From the NCBI GenBank assembly GCA_031360325.1, contig JANMBI010000014.1, forward strand, positions 1-59,186: a stretch of DNA of 59,186 nucleotides, written 5' to 3'. Every line of letters begins with the position of its first letter. The first letter of the stretch is position 1. The DNA comes from Frigoribacterium sp. (GTDB lineage Bacteria > Actinomycetota > Actinomycetes > Actinomycetales > Microbacteriaceae). Positions 18,882 to 29,339 of this stretch are shown piece by piece. The notes under the pieces are model-generated. The model was not told where the DNA came from, searched no databases, and worked only from the letters and a program-made list of their open reading frames with translations. The position numbers and the translations under genes were made by a program.

Positions 18882-21800
18882 TTACAACCCGCGTTCTCGG
18901 CCGGGCCGTGTCCGCCAGCCGTCCGCCGGATGGTGGGTGAAGTCGTGGAGTTGGGCTGAGCGCACCCTGCGCCCGGCGAGGGTGCGCTCGGCGACTTCGC
19001 GCTGTGCCTCCTCCTGCTCGGCGCGAGTGCGAATGAGTTGTGCGGCTTCGACCGGCGGCAGAGCTTCGATCGACGCGAGGTTGCGCCGGGCGGCTTCGGC
19101 TCGCTCGCGCCATCGCGAGGCCTGCGCTTGGGGGTTGCTCGGCGAGCGTTCGCCGAACACCTGGCGAAGGAGGTCGGCGCGCTCCCGCAACTGCCGGGCG
19201 GTGAGCCCCTGCTGCGATCGCCGTGCCTCGTCAACACGTTCCTCTAGGCGGGCCACGTTCGGGTCGGCGTTGGCTGCCTGCTGGGCGACCGTGACGGCCC
19301 AGGGCTCGATGCCTTTGGGCGTTTGCGGTGTGCTGCCCCAACGCCGCAGCGTGGTGGTTTCAATGGTGCGGCGTTCCTCGTCGACCGCAGTCAACGCGCG
19401 GGCGGCCCGGCGTTTGCGCAGCCCGCGAGCGGTCTGTTGGGCAGCCGATGCCTCCCAAACTCGAGCCCGCACATGGAGGTAGGTCGCGCCGTCCTGGGTT
19501 GACTGCTCAATGAGCGGGGTGACGACCTCAGTGCGCACTCGCTCGGCATTCACCTCCGTCGCCGCGACGTTCGTCGCCTGCTCATCTGCCTCGGCCTGGT
19601 GTTCTTGCGCCTGTCGGTCCAGGGCGGCCGCGGCCCGTTCCCACTTCGCAGCCTGCTGGTCAGCGTGATCGATGAGTTCGGCAAGCCTGGCGCGCTTCAT
19701 GTTGACCAGGAGCACGGGCCCGTCCACGATGAGCCCAGCGATGGCTTCGTGGGCGGCTGCGGTTGCGACGGCGAGTCCGCGGTCGGCGCGGTCGCGGTAC
19801 AGCGCGGCGACGAACTGCTCGCGGGCGTCGTCCAGATCGCTGGCGACGATGTGTAGTCGGTTGGCGCCACGTCCGCGGGTCATGCCGACGTACACGCCGG
19901 AGGCATCGAGTGCGTCGGAGAGGACGGTGTGCGATTGATCCACCGTCGCTCCCTGCACGCCGTAGGCGGTCGCGGCGTAGGCGAGGTGCGTGTACTCGCT
20001 GATGTACTCCGCCGGGAGTCGGACGGCGCGCTGCCGCTTCCGGCCGGTAGCGTTCTCTTTCGCCCACAACGTTCCATCGGTCGCGACGGCCTGCACGGTC
20101 CAGGTCTGACGGTTCGCCACCTGCAGATCGCTGTCGTTCTTCCGGGTCTGGATCACATCGCCCGCGCCGATGGGGAGCCCGTCGCTGCCGGTAGTGGTGC
20201 GTGTACCGTCCACATCACCCTTATGGACCCGCTTCGCTCGGATACGCGAGTTCAGCTCGCGCGCCTCGTCGTTCGTAGCCACCGTGATCGCGTCGCCGTC
20301 ACGGGCACTATGCGCGACCGCGTCCTGCGCAAGCTCCGTGGTCTCCTGCAACACGATCAGGCCGAGCGCGTGTAGACGGTCGAAGAGCAGCTCCGGGCGC
20401 TCTCCAGCGCGCATTCGCACGGTGAGTTCGGCATACTCCGGGTCGGTGAAGCGATGCACGGTCGTCATGTCGAAAACGCGCGGCGAGAGCTCTGCCGCGA
20501 TGTCGAGCACTCCGCCGCGGCCGACGGCAGCGAGCTGCGCCCGATCCCCTACAAACGCAACAGTCGCGCCGTGCTCGCCCGCGACTGCGAGGAGGGCGAG
20601 GGCTGCGTCCTGGTCAAGCATCCCGGCCTCGTCGACCACGATCCGCTCCCCACGCGCAAGCCTCGCACCAGCGGCGGGGCCGGTGTACGTTGCGCCTGTA
20701 TCGGGGTCGGTGTCGCCGGGCTTGAGGCGGGTCCATACGCCGTCGCGGTTCCACCGCCACCCGTGCTCATGCACGAGCTTCGCCACGCTGTCTGTTTCAA
20801 CACCGAGTTCCTGGTGGGCGACATCGGCGGCCTTCTTCGTCGGCGTCACCACGCGCGTCGCGCGACCTTCAGTAGCTGCCGCTTCGATCGCGAGCCCGAG
20901 TATGGTGGTCTTGCCCGCACCGGCGGCACCCTCGACCACTACGAGCGGGTTAGTGGAAGCGATTGCGGCGGCGGCCCGGGCTTGCTCCGAATCCAGCCCG
21001 CGGCGCCGCGCCAGGCGCGTCGAATCCGATATCGGGTGCACACCGGCACTCGCGCGTGCTGCGAGCAGGTCGCGCAGACGCGTCTCGACCGCGATGACAT
21101 GCACCGAGGTGAGGTGCGCCACATGCTCGGGTCGCACGCTGTCGGGCGGGAGCACCGACAAGCAATCTTCCGCGGCCAGCCACGTCGTCATCGCAACGAC
21201 GTCGCACAACGCCTTCGGCTCGGCGCGCACGCCCACCTCGGTGATGATGCGCGTGGCCTGCTCCTGGATGTCGTGCACTGTCCAGGCCGACGCGCCAGCC
21301 GCGCAACGGTCCAACGCGCGGCTCGCTACCTGTTGCACGCTCAGGTCATCCAGCGACACCGCCGGTTGCACCGGCACCCGCTTTGCGTTCGGGGTATAGC
21401 CGGCTTCCTCCAACTCGATCAGCCAGGCGGCCTCATGGCCCAGCCTCGACGGCTTCTTCTGCGGGCGCTCATGATCCCACGCCATCGCCGTCAACCGGGA
21501 TGTGACCATCGGGCCGGGTTCCTGCCCCGGATGCGCCGCCCGCCACTCTGCCTCGAACGCAGCGAGATTCCGTGCTACCTGCTCGCCCCGCTTCGACATG
21601 ACCGCGTTGTAGGGCTGCAACTCCACGACCTCCCCTGTCACCGGATCGAGGGTTAGCCCGTGCGCGTCGAGCACATTGGCGAGTTGCGGGTGGGCGGCGA
21701 TGACCGCTGTGCCGAGAGCGCGGATCGCACCCTGCTGTTTGAACAGCGCCGCCGTGTCCAGGCCCCGCCACGCCCTAGCCGCCCACACCCTCGTCCCGAT

Positions 21801-22325
21801 CTGGAAATGAATGTGTCGGTGCGGGTCGCCGGCGCGGGAGGTCTTGTGCACCACGGAGACCGTTTCGAGCTGGTCGACCAGCACGACCTCCTGCAGACCG
21901 CGCGGACCGACCCGCGTCACAGAGTGCTGTCCGAGCCAGCAACGGATCTCGTCCATCGCGTCCCGCTGCGCCGCGTCCAGCGCTTCGGACACTTCCGGAT
22001 GCAGGGCCGCCGCGATCGACAACGACTTCGGCGCGTTCACCACTATCTCCGCAAACCTGGGCGAACCCCGCCTGCCGTCACCCGGCAGGCGCGGGATTCC
22101 CATCGATTCGCCGGTAAGCGGGTCGACCCAGTTCACCCACTCGGAGTACTCGTCCGGAGTCAGAGCACCCTCACCTATCACGGCCCCGTTACCGTCGACA
22201 ACCGAGAACTCCGCCAGAGCGGTCCCACCCTCCAGGTAGTACTCATCAGCTCGTGAACGATCCGACTCCAGGTAGCGGCGCGCGTCCGCGCCAGAGCCCC
22301 GAAAAAGGATCACACCACCATGCAC
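18882..22325 (-). CDS. MobF (TrwC/TraA) relaxase-helicase
   Basis: N-terminal RYLE..ADEYY, APKSLS, HKTSRAGDPHRHIH (HUH). RecD-like helicase GAAGAGKTT, VVDEAGM, AYAATAYGVQG. Confidence 0.92.
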   Translation of the reverse strand: MHGGVILFRGSGADARRYLESDRSRADEYYLEGGTALAEFSVVDGNGAVIGEGALTPDEYSEWVNWVDPLTGESMGIPRLPGDGRRGSPRFAEIVVNAPKSLSIAAALHPEVSEALDAAQRDAMDEIRCWLGQHSVTRVGPRGLQEVVLVDQLETVSVVHKTSRAGDPHRHIHFQIGTRVWAARAWRGLDTAALFKQQGAIRALGTAVIAAHPQLANVLDAHGLTLDPVTGEVVELQPYNAVMSKRGEQVARNLAAFEAEWRAAHPGQEPGPMVTSRLTAMAWDHERPQKKPSRLGHEAAWLIELEEAGYTPNAKRVPVQPAVSLDDLSVQQVASRALDRCAAGASAWTVHDIQEQATRIITEVGVRAEPKALCDVVAMTTWLAAEDCLSVLPPDSVRPEHVAHLTSVHVIAVETRLRDLLAARASAGVHPISDSTRLARRRGLDSEQARAAAAIASTNPLVVVEGAAGAGKTTILGLAIEAAATEGRATRVVTPTKKAADVAHQELGVETDSVAKLVHEHGWRWNRDGVWTRLKPGDTDPDTGATYTGPAAGARLARGERIVVDEAGMLDQDAALALLAVAGEHGATVAFVGDRAQLAAVGRGGVLDIAAELSPRVFDMTTVHRFTDPEYAELTVRMRAGERPELLFDRLHALGLIVLQETTELAQDAVAHSARDGDAITVATNDEARELNSRIRAKRVHKGDVDGTRTTTGSDGLPIGAGDVIQTRKNDSDLQVANRQTWTVQAVATDGTLWAKENATGRKRQRAVRLPAEYISEYTHLAYAATAYGVQGATVDQSHTVLSDALDASGVYVGMTRGRGANRLHIVASDLDDAREQFVAALYRDRADRGLAVATAAAHEAIAGLIVDGPVLLVNMKRARLAELIDHADQQAAKWERAAAALDRQAQEHQAEADEQATNVAATEVNAERVRTEVVTPLIEQSTQDGATYLHVRARVWEASAAQQTARGLRKRRAARALTAVDEERRTIETTTLRRWGSTPQTPKGIEPWAVTVAQQAANADPNVARLEERVDEARRSQQGLTARQLRERADLLRQVFGERSPSNPQAQASRWRERAEAARRNLASIEALPPVEAAQLIRTRAEQEEAQREVAERTLAGRRVRSAQLHDFTHHPADGWRTRPGRERGL

Positions 22326-22636
22326 AGCGTACCTCGTGTTCTTGCTAATGTATTGGCAACTACCTACGGTAGCATACGTACATTCTCACCAGGAAGGCCC
22401 GGTGGGCCAGGAAACGTGTTCGACGCTGCGGGCACGGACTCGTTACCGATTACGAGTCCGCAACGTCTGGACGCTCAGATCTTGGTGCGCTATCCAAGCC
22501 AGCTGAGTCAGTAGCGTGTGCGCCCGGAAGCGATCGGTTGTTGCTCTCCCTCCGACTCGACCACGTGGTCTCTGAAATCGGTACGAGAGATCTCCAGTGA
22601 AGAAGGGGACCGAGTCCACAGGCCCACGCCTCGCAG

Positions 22637-22852
22637 TCAGCTGCGCCCCTTCAGTTCGAGCGTGAGTCCGAGTGCATGAGCGATCTTGGCGATGGTGGCA
22701 GTCGTAACGTCGTTGTTCGCCTCAACCCGAGCGATCGTCGGACGAGAGATCCCTGACTTCTGACCGAGCTCTGTCTGTGACCATCCGCGCTCCTTACGAG
22801 CCTCGCGGATGGTCTCGCCGAAGCTCACCTGCTCGCTCTCTATCTCGCTCAC
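22637..22852 (-). CDS. XRE-family HTH regulator
   Basis: IREARKERGWSQTELGQKSGISRPTIARVE; start overlaps the hsdR stop (GTGA). Confidence 0.85.
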   Translation of the reverse strand: MSEIESEQVSFGETIREARKERGWSQTELGQKSGISRPTIARVEANNDVTTATIAKIAHALGLTLELKGRS

Positions 22853-25800
22853 GATCCCGAGGACTCCGGTTCCACCTGAGCATCTGCGTCGCCGCGGTGC
22901 TCGGAGTGAAGCGCATCCGCCGCGATTTCCGCGATCTGTCCGAGGAACGCCGGGTCCGTCATGTAAGAGTGGATCTCCTGTGACTCCTGGATCGTCTTCA
23001 GCACCGCCAGACCGACCGCGCTGCTGAATCCCTCGGATGCCTTCAGCTGGGCGACGGTGTTCTGCTTCGCCATCGCCACAGCCTCATCGCTCGCGTCAAG
23101 GAAGCCCCAGAACGTTGTGATGAAGCCGGAAACACTCTCCGGGCTCACCTCGACGCCCTTGGCCTGGAACATCTCGTTCACGCGATCAATCGCTTCTTCG
23201 AGCGGGCCCCGCGTGGGCGCGGCGCTCCCCGACTTGTACTCGCCTTCGAAGAGCGGGAGTTTGATGCCTTCGCCACTTCCCCCGCTCAGCGAATGATCCT
23301 CGTTGATGGCGGACGGAACCAGCTTCACCCCCGAGAGCTGCACACCTTCGAGGTAGCTGTCGTCATAGTCGTTGCCGTCCACGTGCAGGTTGCGTCCTAA
23401 CAGCGTCGCAAGTATGGCCCGGCGGTGCAGAAGCGGATCCTGGTAGTCGACGATCTGGCTCAGGAACTGCCACGCGTTACGGTAGCTCAAGACGTCGGCG
23501 CGGAAGCTCTCCAACGTCTCAAGCTGAAGCTTGTCCTTCGCTAATTTTGCCTGAGTCCACTGACCGTTCCAGCGATTCTTGATCGGCGAGAGAACCTTGG
23601 CGATTGCCTCGCCGCCGGCATCTACCAAGTACGCATCCGCAACCGCGTCTAGTTCGTCGTAGGAGTAAAGACCTGCGGTGTCAAGGCGCTCGCCGAGCGT
23701 GTACAGCACATTCGGATCGATGTCGCCCTCGACGTGCGCATCCGAATAATAGAGCTTGAAATCTGCTTCGATACTCGCCGGAGAGTTCCGAAAATCGACG
23801 ACCATCGGCGCGGTCTTACCCGGGTAGATACGATTCAGTCGCGATAGCGTCTGCACGGTTGCAACGCCCGAGAGCGATTTATCGACGTACATCGCGATTA
23901 GACGCGGCTCGTCGAAGCCCGTCTGAAACTTGTTAGCAACGATGAGTACGCGGTAAGTGCCCTCCTCGCGGAAAGCCTTGGAGACATCGCTGCGGCCATT
24001 GAGCGAAATTTCCGTGACGGTCTCGCCGGCCTCGTCGGTGAGCGAACCGGAGAACGCAACCAGGGTCCTCATGTCGTTGTAGCCCTGGGAGGCAATGTAC
24101 TCGTCCATCTTCTTCGACCAGCTGAACGCTTCCATGCGCGAGCTGGTCACGACCATGGCCTTCGCTTCGCCGCCAAGCATCTGCATCACGTTCCGGCGGA
24201 AGTGCTCGATCACGACGCGGACCTTCTGCGCGATCGCGGTCGGATGAAGACGCGCGTAGCGGACGATGTTGGAGACCGCCTCGCCGGTGTTGACCTGGAT
24301 CTCGCTCTCAGACGTTTCTCCCTCGAGCGTGCTCTTCACACGGAGGAACATGTCGTAGGTCGAGTAATTGGTGAGCACGTCGAGAATGAAGCCCTCTTCG
24401 ATCGCCTGGGCCATCGTGTAGGTGTCGAACGCTTCCCAACGGCCGTCTCGCTCGGTGCCGAACAAGCGGAGCGTCTTCGCCTTCGGGGTCGCGGTGAGCG
24501 CGATGAAGGTAATGTTGCTGGATGCCGCGATCGCCGAGTCCTTTGCTTGGAGCAAGTCGTCGACACTAGGCTCTTCACCTTCTAGGTCGATGTCTAGATC
24601 AGCGAGCAACTCCTTTAGCTGGCGAGCAGCGGAGCCAGACTGCGACGAGTGCGCCTCATCCGCGACTACGGCCCAGCGCCTGCCATGCAGCTCATGGGTG
24701 TCCTCGATCAGCTTCATGACCTCGGGGAAGGTCTGCAGGGTACAGGTGATGATGTGGTCGCCCTCGAGGAGCGCCTTCTTCAGCTGCGGAGACTTCGCAC
24801 CGGACTTATCGCCGACGGTGACGACCAGTCCATTGCTAGATTGCACGAGCTTCATGTCGTCGCGGATGTTCTCGTCGAGGACGGTGCGATCGGTGACCAC
24901 GATCACCGAGTCGAACGTTGACTTCGAGTCGGGGCTCATGTGGCGGATCAATCTGTGGCTGAGCCAGGCGATCGTTTTCGTCTTGCCTGAGCCCGCCGAG
25001 TGCCAGATCAGGTAGCGCTGGCCAGTGCCCTTCTCCTCGATATCAGCAACGACGCGCTCAACGGCGCGCAGCTGATGGAAGCGCGGGAAAACCAAGCGTC
25101 CCTCGTCCTTCTTGCCAGCCTTGTCCGGTTCGAAGAGCGCGAAGTCTTTGAGAATGCGCATGAACATCGGGCGGTCGAGGATCTCGCGCCAAAGGTAGTT
25201 CGTCGACGAGCCCGTGCCCGACGGCGGGTTACCTTCGTGGCCCTCGTTGCCCCGGTTAAAGGGCAAGAACACACTATCCCCGCCCTGGAGCCTCGTAGTC
25301 ATGTAGACGAGGTCGTTGGACACCGCGAAGTGCACCAGCGCACGGCCCGGCGCGAGCAGCGCGCGGTTCTTTCCGGGCTTGCGGTCCTCCTTGTACTGCC
25401 GAATCGCGTGGTTGACCGTCTGGGTATTGTCCGTCTTCAGCTCCAACGTCGCGACCGGGAGGCCGTTAGCGACCAACACGACATCGAGCGTCTCGTTGGT
25501 CATGGTGTCAAAGCGCACCTGGCGCAAGATGCGCAAGCGGACAGCCGCCGCCGCCTCAACTACCTCGGTCAGATTCGGATTCGCCGGCGGGAACGCCATC
25601 ATCGGCCCAAACTTTGCGGCGGGGCGGCCGATCTGGGCGTAGCTGAAGCCCTTGCGCAACACGCCCAGCAGCCCGCCGACCGGGTGGCCGGTGGTCGGGT
25701 CCATTTTCGTGGACTTGGCGAGCTCCTTGGTGACGTGCTGGAGCAGCTTGCGCTCAGCGTCGGTCTTCTGCCCGTCGACGAGATCGCCGGGGACCGCCTT

Positions 25801-25977
25801 CTCGTACTCGTCCGGGTACTGGGAGCTGAGCCAGTACAGCACATCGTCAGTGAGCATTGCCAGGGCGATGTCCCATCCCGTCGACTTGCCGCTGTCCTCG
25901 TACAGCCAGCCGCGCTCAGAGAGCTCAGTGCAAAGGTTGCTCTCGAACTCCAGCTCCATCAACTGCGCGTGGCTCAT
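22849..25977 (-). CDS. hsdR: Type I restriction endonuclease subunit R
   Basis: D..ELK and AIRQY nuclease motifs, HSAGSGKT, DEAH, TATP, FQTGFD, QTLSRLNR. Confidence 0.93.
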   Translation of the reverse strand: MSHAQLMELEFESNLCTELSERGWLYEDSGKSTGWDIALAMLTDDVLYWLSSQYPDEYEKAVPGDLVDGQKTDAERKLLQHVTKELAKSTKMDPTTGHPVGGLLGVLRKGFSYAQIGRPAAKFGPMMAFPPANPNLTEVVEAAAAVRLRILRQVRFDTMTNETLDVVLVANGLPVATLELKTDNTQTVNHAIRQYKEDRKPGKNRALLAPGRALVHFAVSNDLVYMTTRLQGGDSVFLPFNRGNEGHEGNPPSGTGSSTNYLWREILDRPMFMRILKDFALFEPDKAGKKDEGRLVFPRFHQLRAVERVVADIEEKGTGQRYLIWHSAGSGKTKTIAWLSHRLIRHMSPDSKSTFDSVIVVTDRTVLDENIRDDMKLVQSSNGLVVTVGDKSGAKSPQLKKALLEGDHIITCTLQTFPEVMKLIEDTHELHGRRWAVVADEAHSSQSGSAARQLKELLADLDIDLEGEEPSVDDLLQAKDSAIAASSNITFIALTATPKAKTLRLFGTERDGRWEAFDTYTMAQAIEEGFILDVLTNYSTYDMFLRVKSTLEGETSESEIQVNTGEAVSNIVRYARLHPTAIAQKVRVVIEHFRRNVMQMLGGEAKAMVVTSSRMEAFSWSKKMDEYIASQGYNDMRTLVAFSGSLTDEAGETVTEISLNGRSDVSKAFREEGTYRVLIVANKFQTGFDEPRLIAMYVDKSLSGVATVQTLSRLNRIYPGKTAPMVVDFRNSPASIEADFKLYYSDAHVEGDIDPNVLYTLGERLDTAGLYSYDELDAVADAYLVDAGGEAIAKVLSPIKNRWNGQWTQAKLAKDKLQLETLESFRADVLSYRNAWQFLSQIVDYQDPLLHRRAILATLLGRNLHVDGNDYDDSYLEGVQLSGVKLVPSAINEDHSLSGGSGEGIKLPLFEGEYKSGSAAPTRGPLEEAIDRVNEMFQAKGVEVSPESVSGFITTFWGFLDASDEAVAMAKQNTVAQLKASEGFSSAVGLAVLKTIQESQEIHSYMTDPAFLGQIAEIAADALHSEHRGDADAQVEPESSGS

Positions 25978-27149
25978 TCGACTGTCTTCCGTCCGGTTAC
26001 GACATCTGTGATGAGCGCAGCGCGGCGTTCGAGGAGAAGGGATTTCAGGTCCGCGACCTTCGCCAGCATGGCGTCGATCTTGCCGGTGACCTCATCGAGG
26101 TGGTCTGCGATGCGCTTCTGTTCTCCAAATGAGGGAAAGGGAATCTTCTCCCGACCGACGCCCGAAGCAGTGATACCCGGCTGAGCTGCCGCACTCGAGA
26201 GTCGCCCCAGATCGAGATCACGAGTGGTGTACGCGAGCCACCGCAGGTCGAGTTCATCGTATGGAGCCAGGACGAGCGCGTGCTCCGATGCCCAGAACGG
26301 AGCGGTGGCTATGTGGACATTTCCGCAAAGAGCACCTTGTCGACCGACGAGGACTCGGTCTTTCCCTTGGTTGAAGGAGTTGGTGAACCCGCGGACGCCG
26401 TTGCCTCCGAAGACAGGGAATAGACCGTCGTCAGAGATGGCATCCGATGCGATCGCGTCACCAGATCCGATCTGGACAAGGGCTTGCAGAGGAACGTGCA
26501 GGTGTTCGTACCCAAAGTCGGCGACCGCTGCCCTGACCATCGACCTTCGCCGCGTCCGTAGGGTCTCAGCCAGATCGTCCAGTTTGCTGATCGTCGCGCC
26601 GATATCGCCGGTCTCACGGTCGAGGTAGTCGGCGATGCGTACCTGTTCATCGAAAGGAGGCAAAGGCACCGGGGTCGCATCCAGCACGGTCTTTGTGACT
26701 CGCTGAGCGTTTGGACGCACTCCAGTGGCGATGGCCGCGAAGTATCCGATGTATCGCGAGCTTCGAAAGAGGTGATGAACGTAACGCGGCTCGAAGTCCT
26801 TGGAGATCCGGAACACCTTGTAGTCAGGACTGATGTATCCGGCAAGCGACGAAACGCCAATCCCGCCGTGGTTGAGCCACATCATGTTGGCAGCGAGCTG
26901 ATTCGGGCGCACGACTCGATAGTTCGAAACATCGAGCGAAGCCTTCTGGCCATCAGTTCTGGTGTTGAGCTCGGCGCCTCGATGCTCGGAGATCGAAAGG
27001 AGCGGCCCGAGTGGCTTGTCGCCGTTTCTCTCGTCACTCTCGGCAAAGTGATACCCGAATTTGGTGACCCTCCAATGGCTGGGAAGCCCGGTGACCGGCG
27101 AGTGGGCTTTAGGATCGCGCAAAGTCGCTGCTGAGCTGACTTCGATCAT
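25974..27149 (-). CDS. hsdS: Type I R-M specificity subunit
   Basis: Two TRDs, each followed by a conserved helix (PLPPFDEQVRIADYLD; PFPSFGEQKRIADHLD...ALITDVVTG). Confidence 0.92.
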   Translation of the reverse strand: MIEVSSAATLRDPKAHSPVTGLPSHWRVTKFGYHFAESDERNGDKPLGPLLSISEHRGAELNTRTDGQKASLDVSNYRVVRPNQLAANMMWLNHGGIGVSSLAGYISPDYKVFRISKDFEPRYVHHLFRSSRYIGYFAAIATGVRPNAQRVTKTVLDATPVPLPPFDEQVRIADYLDRETGDIGATISKLDDLAETLRTRRRSMVRAAVADFGYEHLHVPLQALVQIGSGDAIASDAISDDGLFPVFGGNGVRGFTNSFNQGKDRVLVGRQGALCGNVHIATAPFWASEHALVLAPYDELDLRWLAYTTRDLDLGRLSSAAAQPGITASGVGREKIPFPSFGEQKRIADHLDEVTGKIDAMLAKVADLKSLLLERRAALITDVVTGRKTVE

Positions 27150-29095
27150 CCCTCAGTCACCGCAATGAACATCTCAGCCAGCTCACCCATAAGCTTCTGT
27201 ACTTCCGTGTCGATATCGGCGAGCGGCCGAGGATCCTCGGGTACGTAGAAGATCCGCGTGAACGGGATCTCGGTTCCGTGCTTAGCTTTCGACTCATCCC
27301 ACCGAGCGTCGAGCGCGAATGGCAGAACCTCGCGCTCCATGTGCTCAGCCAGGTCCTCGCTCAGCGGCACGCGCTCGGTGATCTTCCAACCGTCGGCGAC
27401 GACAGGCTCGCCTTTACGATCGACCGCGAGCGGCGCGGAGTCATCAGCCACAGCCATGACCTTCATGACCGCATCGACAAGGCCGAAGGGAGCCGTCAGT
27501 CCGGTTGACTTGGTGGCCTGCGGGAGCGACTTCGGCAACTCGTTCCAGGGCGTTCCATCGAGCGCTTCCAGGACCGCGATGTGCCCGTCGGCGAAGTCTC
27601 GGCGGCTGCGCAGCGCCTCGACGACCTCCTCGCTGAAGCGACTCACTAGACGAGCCTGCTTGTAGACCGGCACGTCGCGGAACATGAAATCCTTGGGCGT
27701 CATCACCCGCGAGATCGCCGGGTCGGCGTTCTCGAACGCCTTGTACGCCTCGAGCACCACAGTCCGGTTGGTGTCGCTCATCTCTCGGCGCTTGTCACCC
27801 ATGGGCTTGCGCAACGACTCCCACTGTCGGGAGCCGTCGATGAGCTGGATCTTGCCCGCGCGCTCAGGGTCCTTGTTTGTGTCGAGGATCCAGACATAGG
27901 TCGCGATGCCGGTGCCATAGAACATGCTGGTCGGCAGTGCGATGATCGCATCGATGAGGTCTTCCTCAAGTAGCCATTGACGGATCCCGTTCGGGCCGGT
28001 GTCGCTGTTGAACAGAGGTGAGGCATTGGAGACCACAGCCGCGCGCCCGCCCTGGCCATTCGTCGTCGCCGGACTGAGCTTCGAGGCGCAGTGCGCCAGG
28101 AACAGCATCTGCCCGTCCGACGTGCTCGGCAGGCCATGGCTGAAGCGCGAATCGTGCACGGCAGACTGGTCACGGACGAACTTCTGATCCACCGACCAGT
28201 CCATGCCGAACGGTGGGTTCGAAAGCACGTAGTCGAACCTCTGCCCCTCGTAAAGGTCCTCGACGAGGGTGTTGCCCTGCTTGATGGCGTCCGGACGCCC
28301 GCCTTGGATGAGCAGGTCGGCCTTGCCGAGGGCAAATGCGGAGGGCATGAGCTCCTGACCGTAGAGCGTCACGTCGATTTTCTCGTTCATCAGCTTCAGC
28401 GCATGCTGGGCGATGAGCAGCATGCCGCCGGACCCTGCGGTCGGGTCGTAGATCGAGCGCGCCGCGCTCTCGCCGGCGAGGGTGTCGTCGTCGTTGGTGA
28501 TCAGGATGTCGACCATGAGCTTGATCGCATCGCGCGGGGTGTAGAAGTTGCCCGCGGCCTTCCCCTTCTTGTTGAAAGCCCGGTACATGATGTCCTCGAA
28601 GACATCACCCATCGCCGTGTTCTCGAGCTTGCTCGGAGCGAGGTCCAGCGCGGAGAAGTGCTTGACGACGGCGTGCAGGCGGTTGGCCTCGGCGAGGACC
28701 TTCGCCCGCCGGGTGATATCGAAGGAGACCCAGATGTCGGCGATGTTGTTCGAGAAGCCATCAATATAGCTCTTCAAGGACTTCTCGACGTTGTCGTCGA
28801 CCGAGGCGATCGTGGCGAGATCGAGCGGCGAGACGTTGTAAAAGCTGAGCTTGAACCGATCCTTGACCGCAATGTCGATTAGGTGCGGAGGCAGCGCGCC
28901 GAGCGACGCGACGAACTCAGTCACCGGCTCCTTCGAGTCCGCCAGCATGCACTCCAAGCGACGAAGCACCGTGAACGGCAGGATGAAGTCGCCGTAGTCC
29001 TCCTCGTCGACGATGTTGCGCAGAAACTTGTCCGCCGTGTCCCAGACAATGCGTGCGGTCGTCGCGCTCTTGGATGCCATTGTCGGTTCTGCCAT
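27146..29095 (-). CDS. hsdM: Type I R-M N6-adenine methyltransferase
   Basis: ILPFTVLRRL, FYTPRD, YDPTAGSGG, SNPPFG, MFYGTGI. Confidence 0.94.
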   Translation of the reverse strand: MAEPTMASKSATTARIVWDTADKFLRNIVDEEDYGDFILPFTVLRRLECMLADSKEPVTEFVASLGALPPHLIDIAVKDRFKLSFYNVSPLDLATIASVDDNVEKSLKSYIDGFSNNIADIWVSFDITRRAKVLAEANRLHAVVKHFSALDLAPSKLENTAMGDVFEDIMYRAFNKKGKAAGNFYTPRDAIKLMVDILITNDDDTLAGESAARSIYDPTAGSGGMLLIAQHALKLMNEKIDVTLYGQELMPSAFALGKADLLIQGGRPDAIKQGNTLVEDLYEGQRFDYVLSNPPFGMDWSVDQKFVRDQSAVHDSRFSHGLPSTSDGQMLFLAHCASKLSPATTNGQGGRAAVVSNASPLFNSDTGPNGIRQWLLEEDLIDAIIALPTSMFYGTGIATYVWILDTNKDPERAGKIQLIDGSRQWESLRKPMGDKRREMSDTNRTVVLEAYKAFENADPAISRVMTPKDFMFRDVPVYKQARLVSRFSEEVVEALRSRRDFADGHIAVLEALDGTPWNELPKSLPQATKSTGLTAPFGLVDAVMKVMAVADDSAPLAVDRKGEPVVADGWKITERVPLSEDLAEHMEREVLPFALDARWDESKAKHGTEIPFTRIFYVPEDPRPLADIDTEVQKLMGELAEMFIAVTEG

Positions 29096-29135
29096 GATCG
29101 CCCGATCCTCGTTACGTATTGACGCTCTCGTTCGT

Positions 29136-29179
29136 TGTATCAGAAACGTTACAAGGGCCGATGTATCAGTAACGTTACA
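29136..29179. promoter_or_regulatory. Tandem operator-like boxes upstream of hsdM
   Basis: tgtatcagaaacgttaca (29136-29153) and tgtatcagtaacgttaca (29162-29179), 17/18 identical, each TGTA-N10-TACA. Confidence 0.7.
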
Positions 29180-29339
29180 TCGCGCAGTACAGGTCTTCGG
29201 CGATTCTCCTCGGCGAGGTGCGGCGATCCTGTGGGTACGCGATTTCTAGGCGAGTGCCATCGAGGCGATCCGCCTCTCTGCTCTGCGTGCAGGAGGATGA
29301 AGTCGGTTCAAGTCCCCGTACCACCTCGGCGACCGACCG

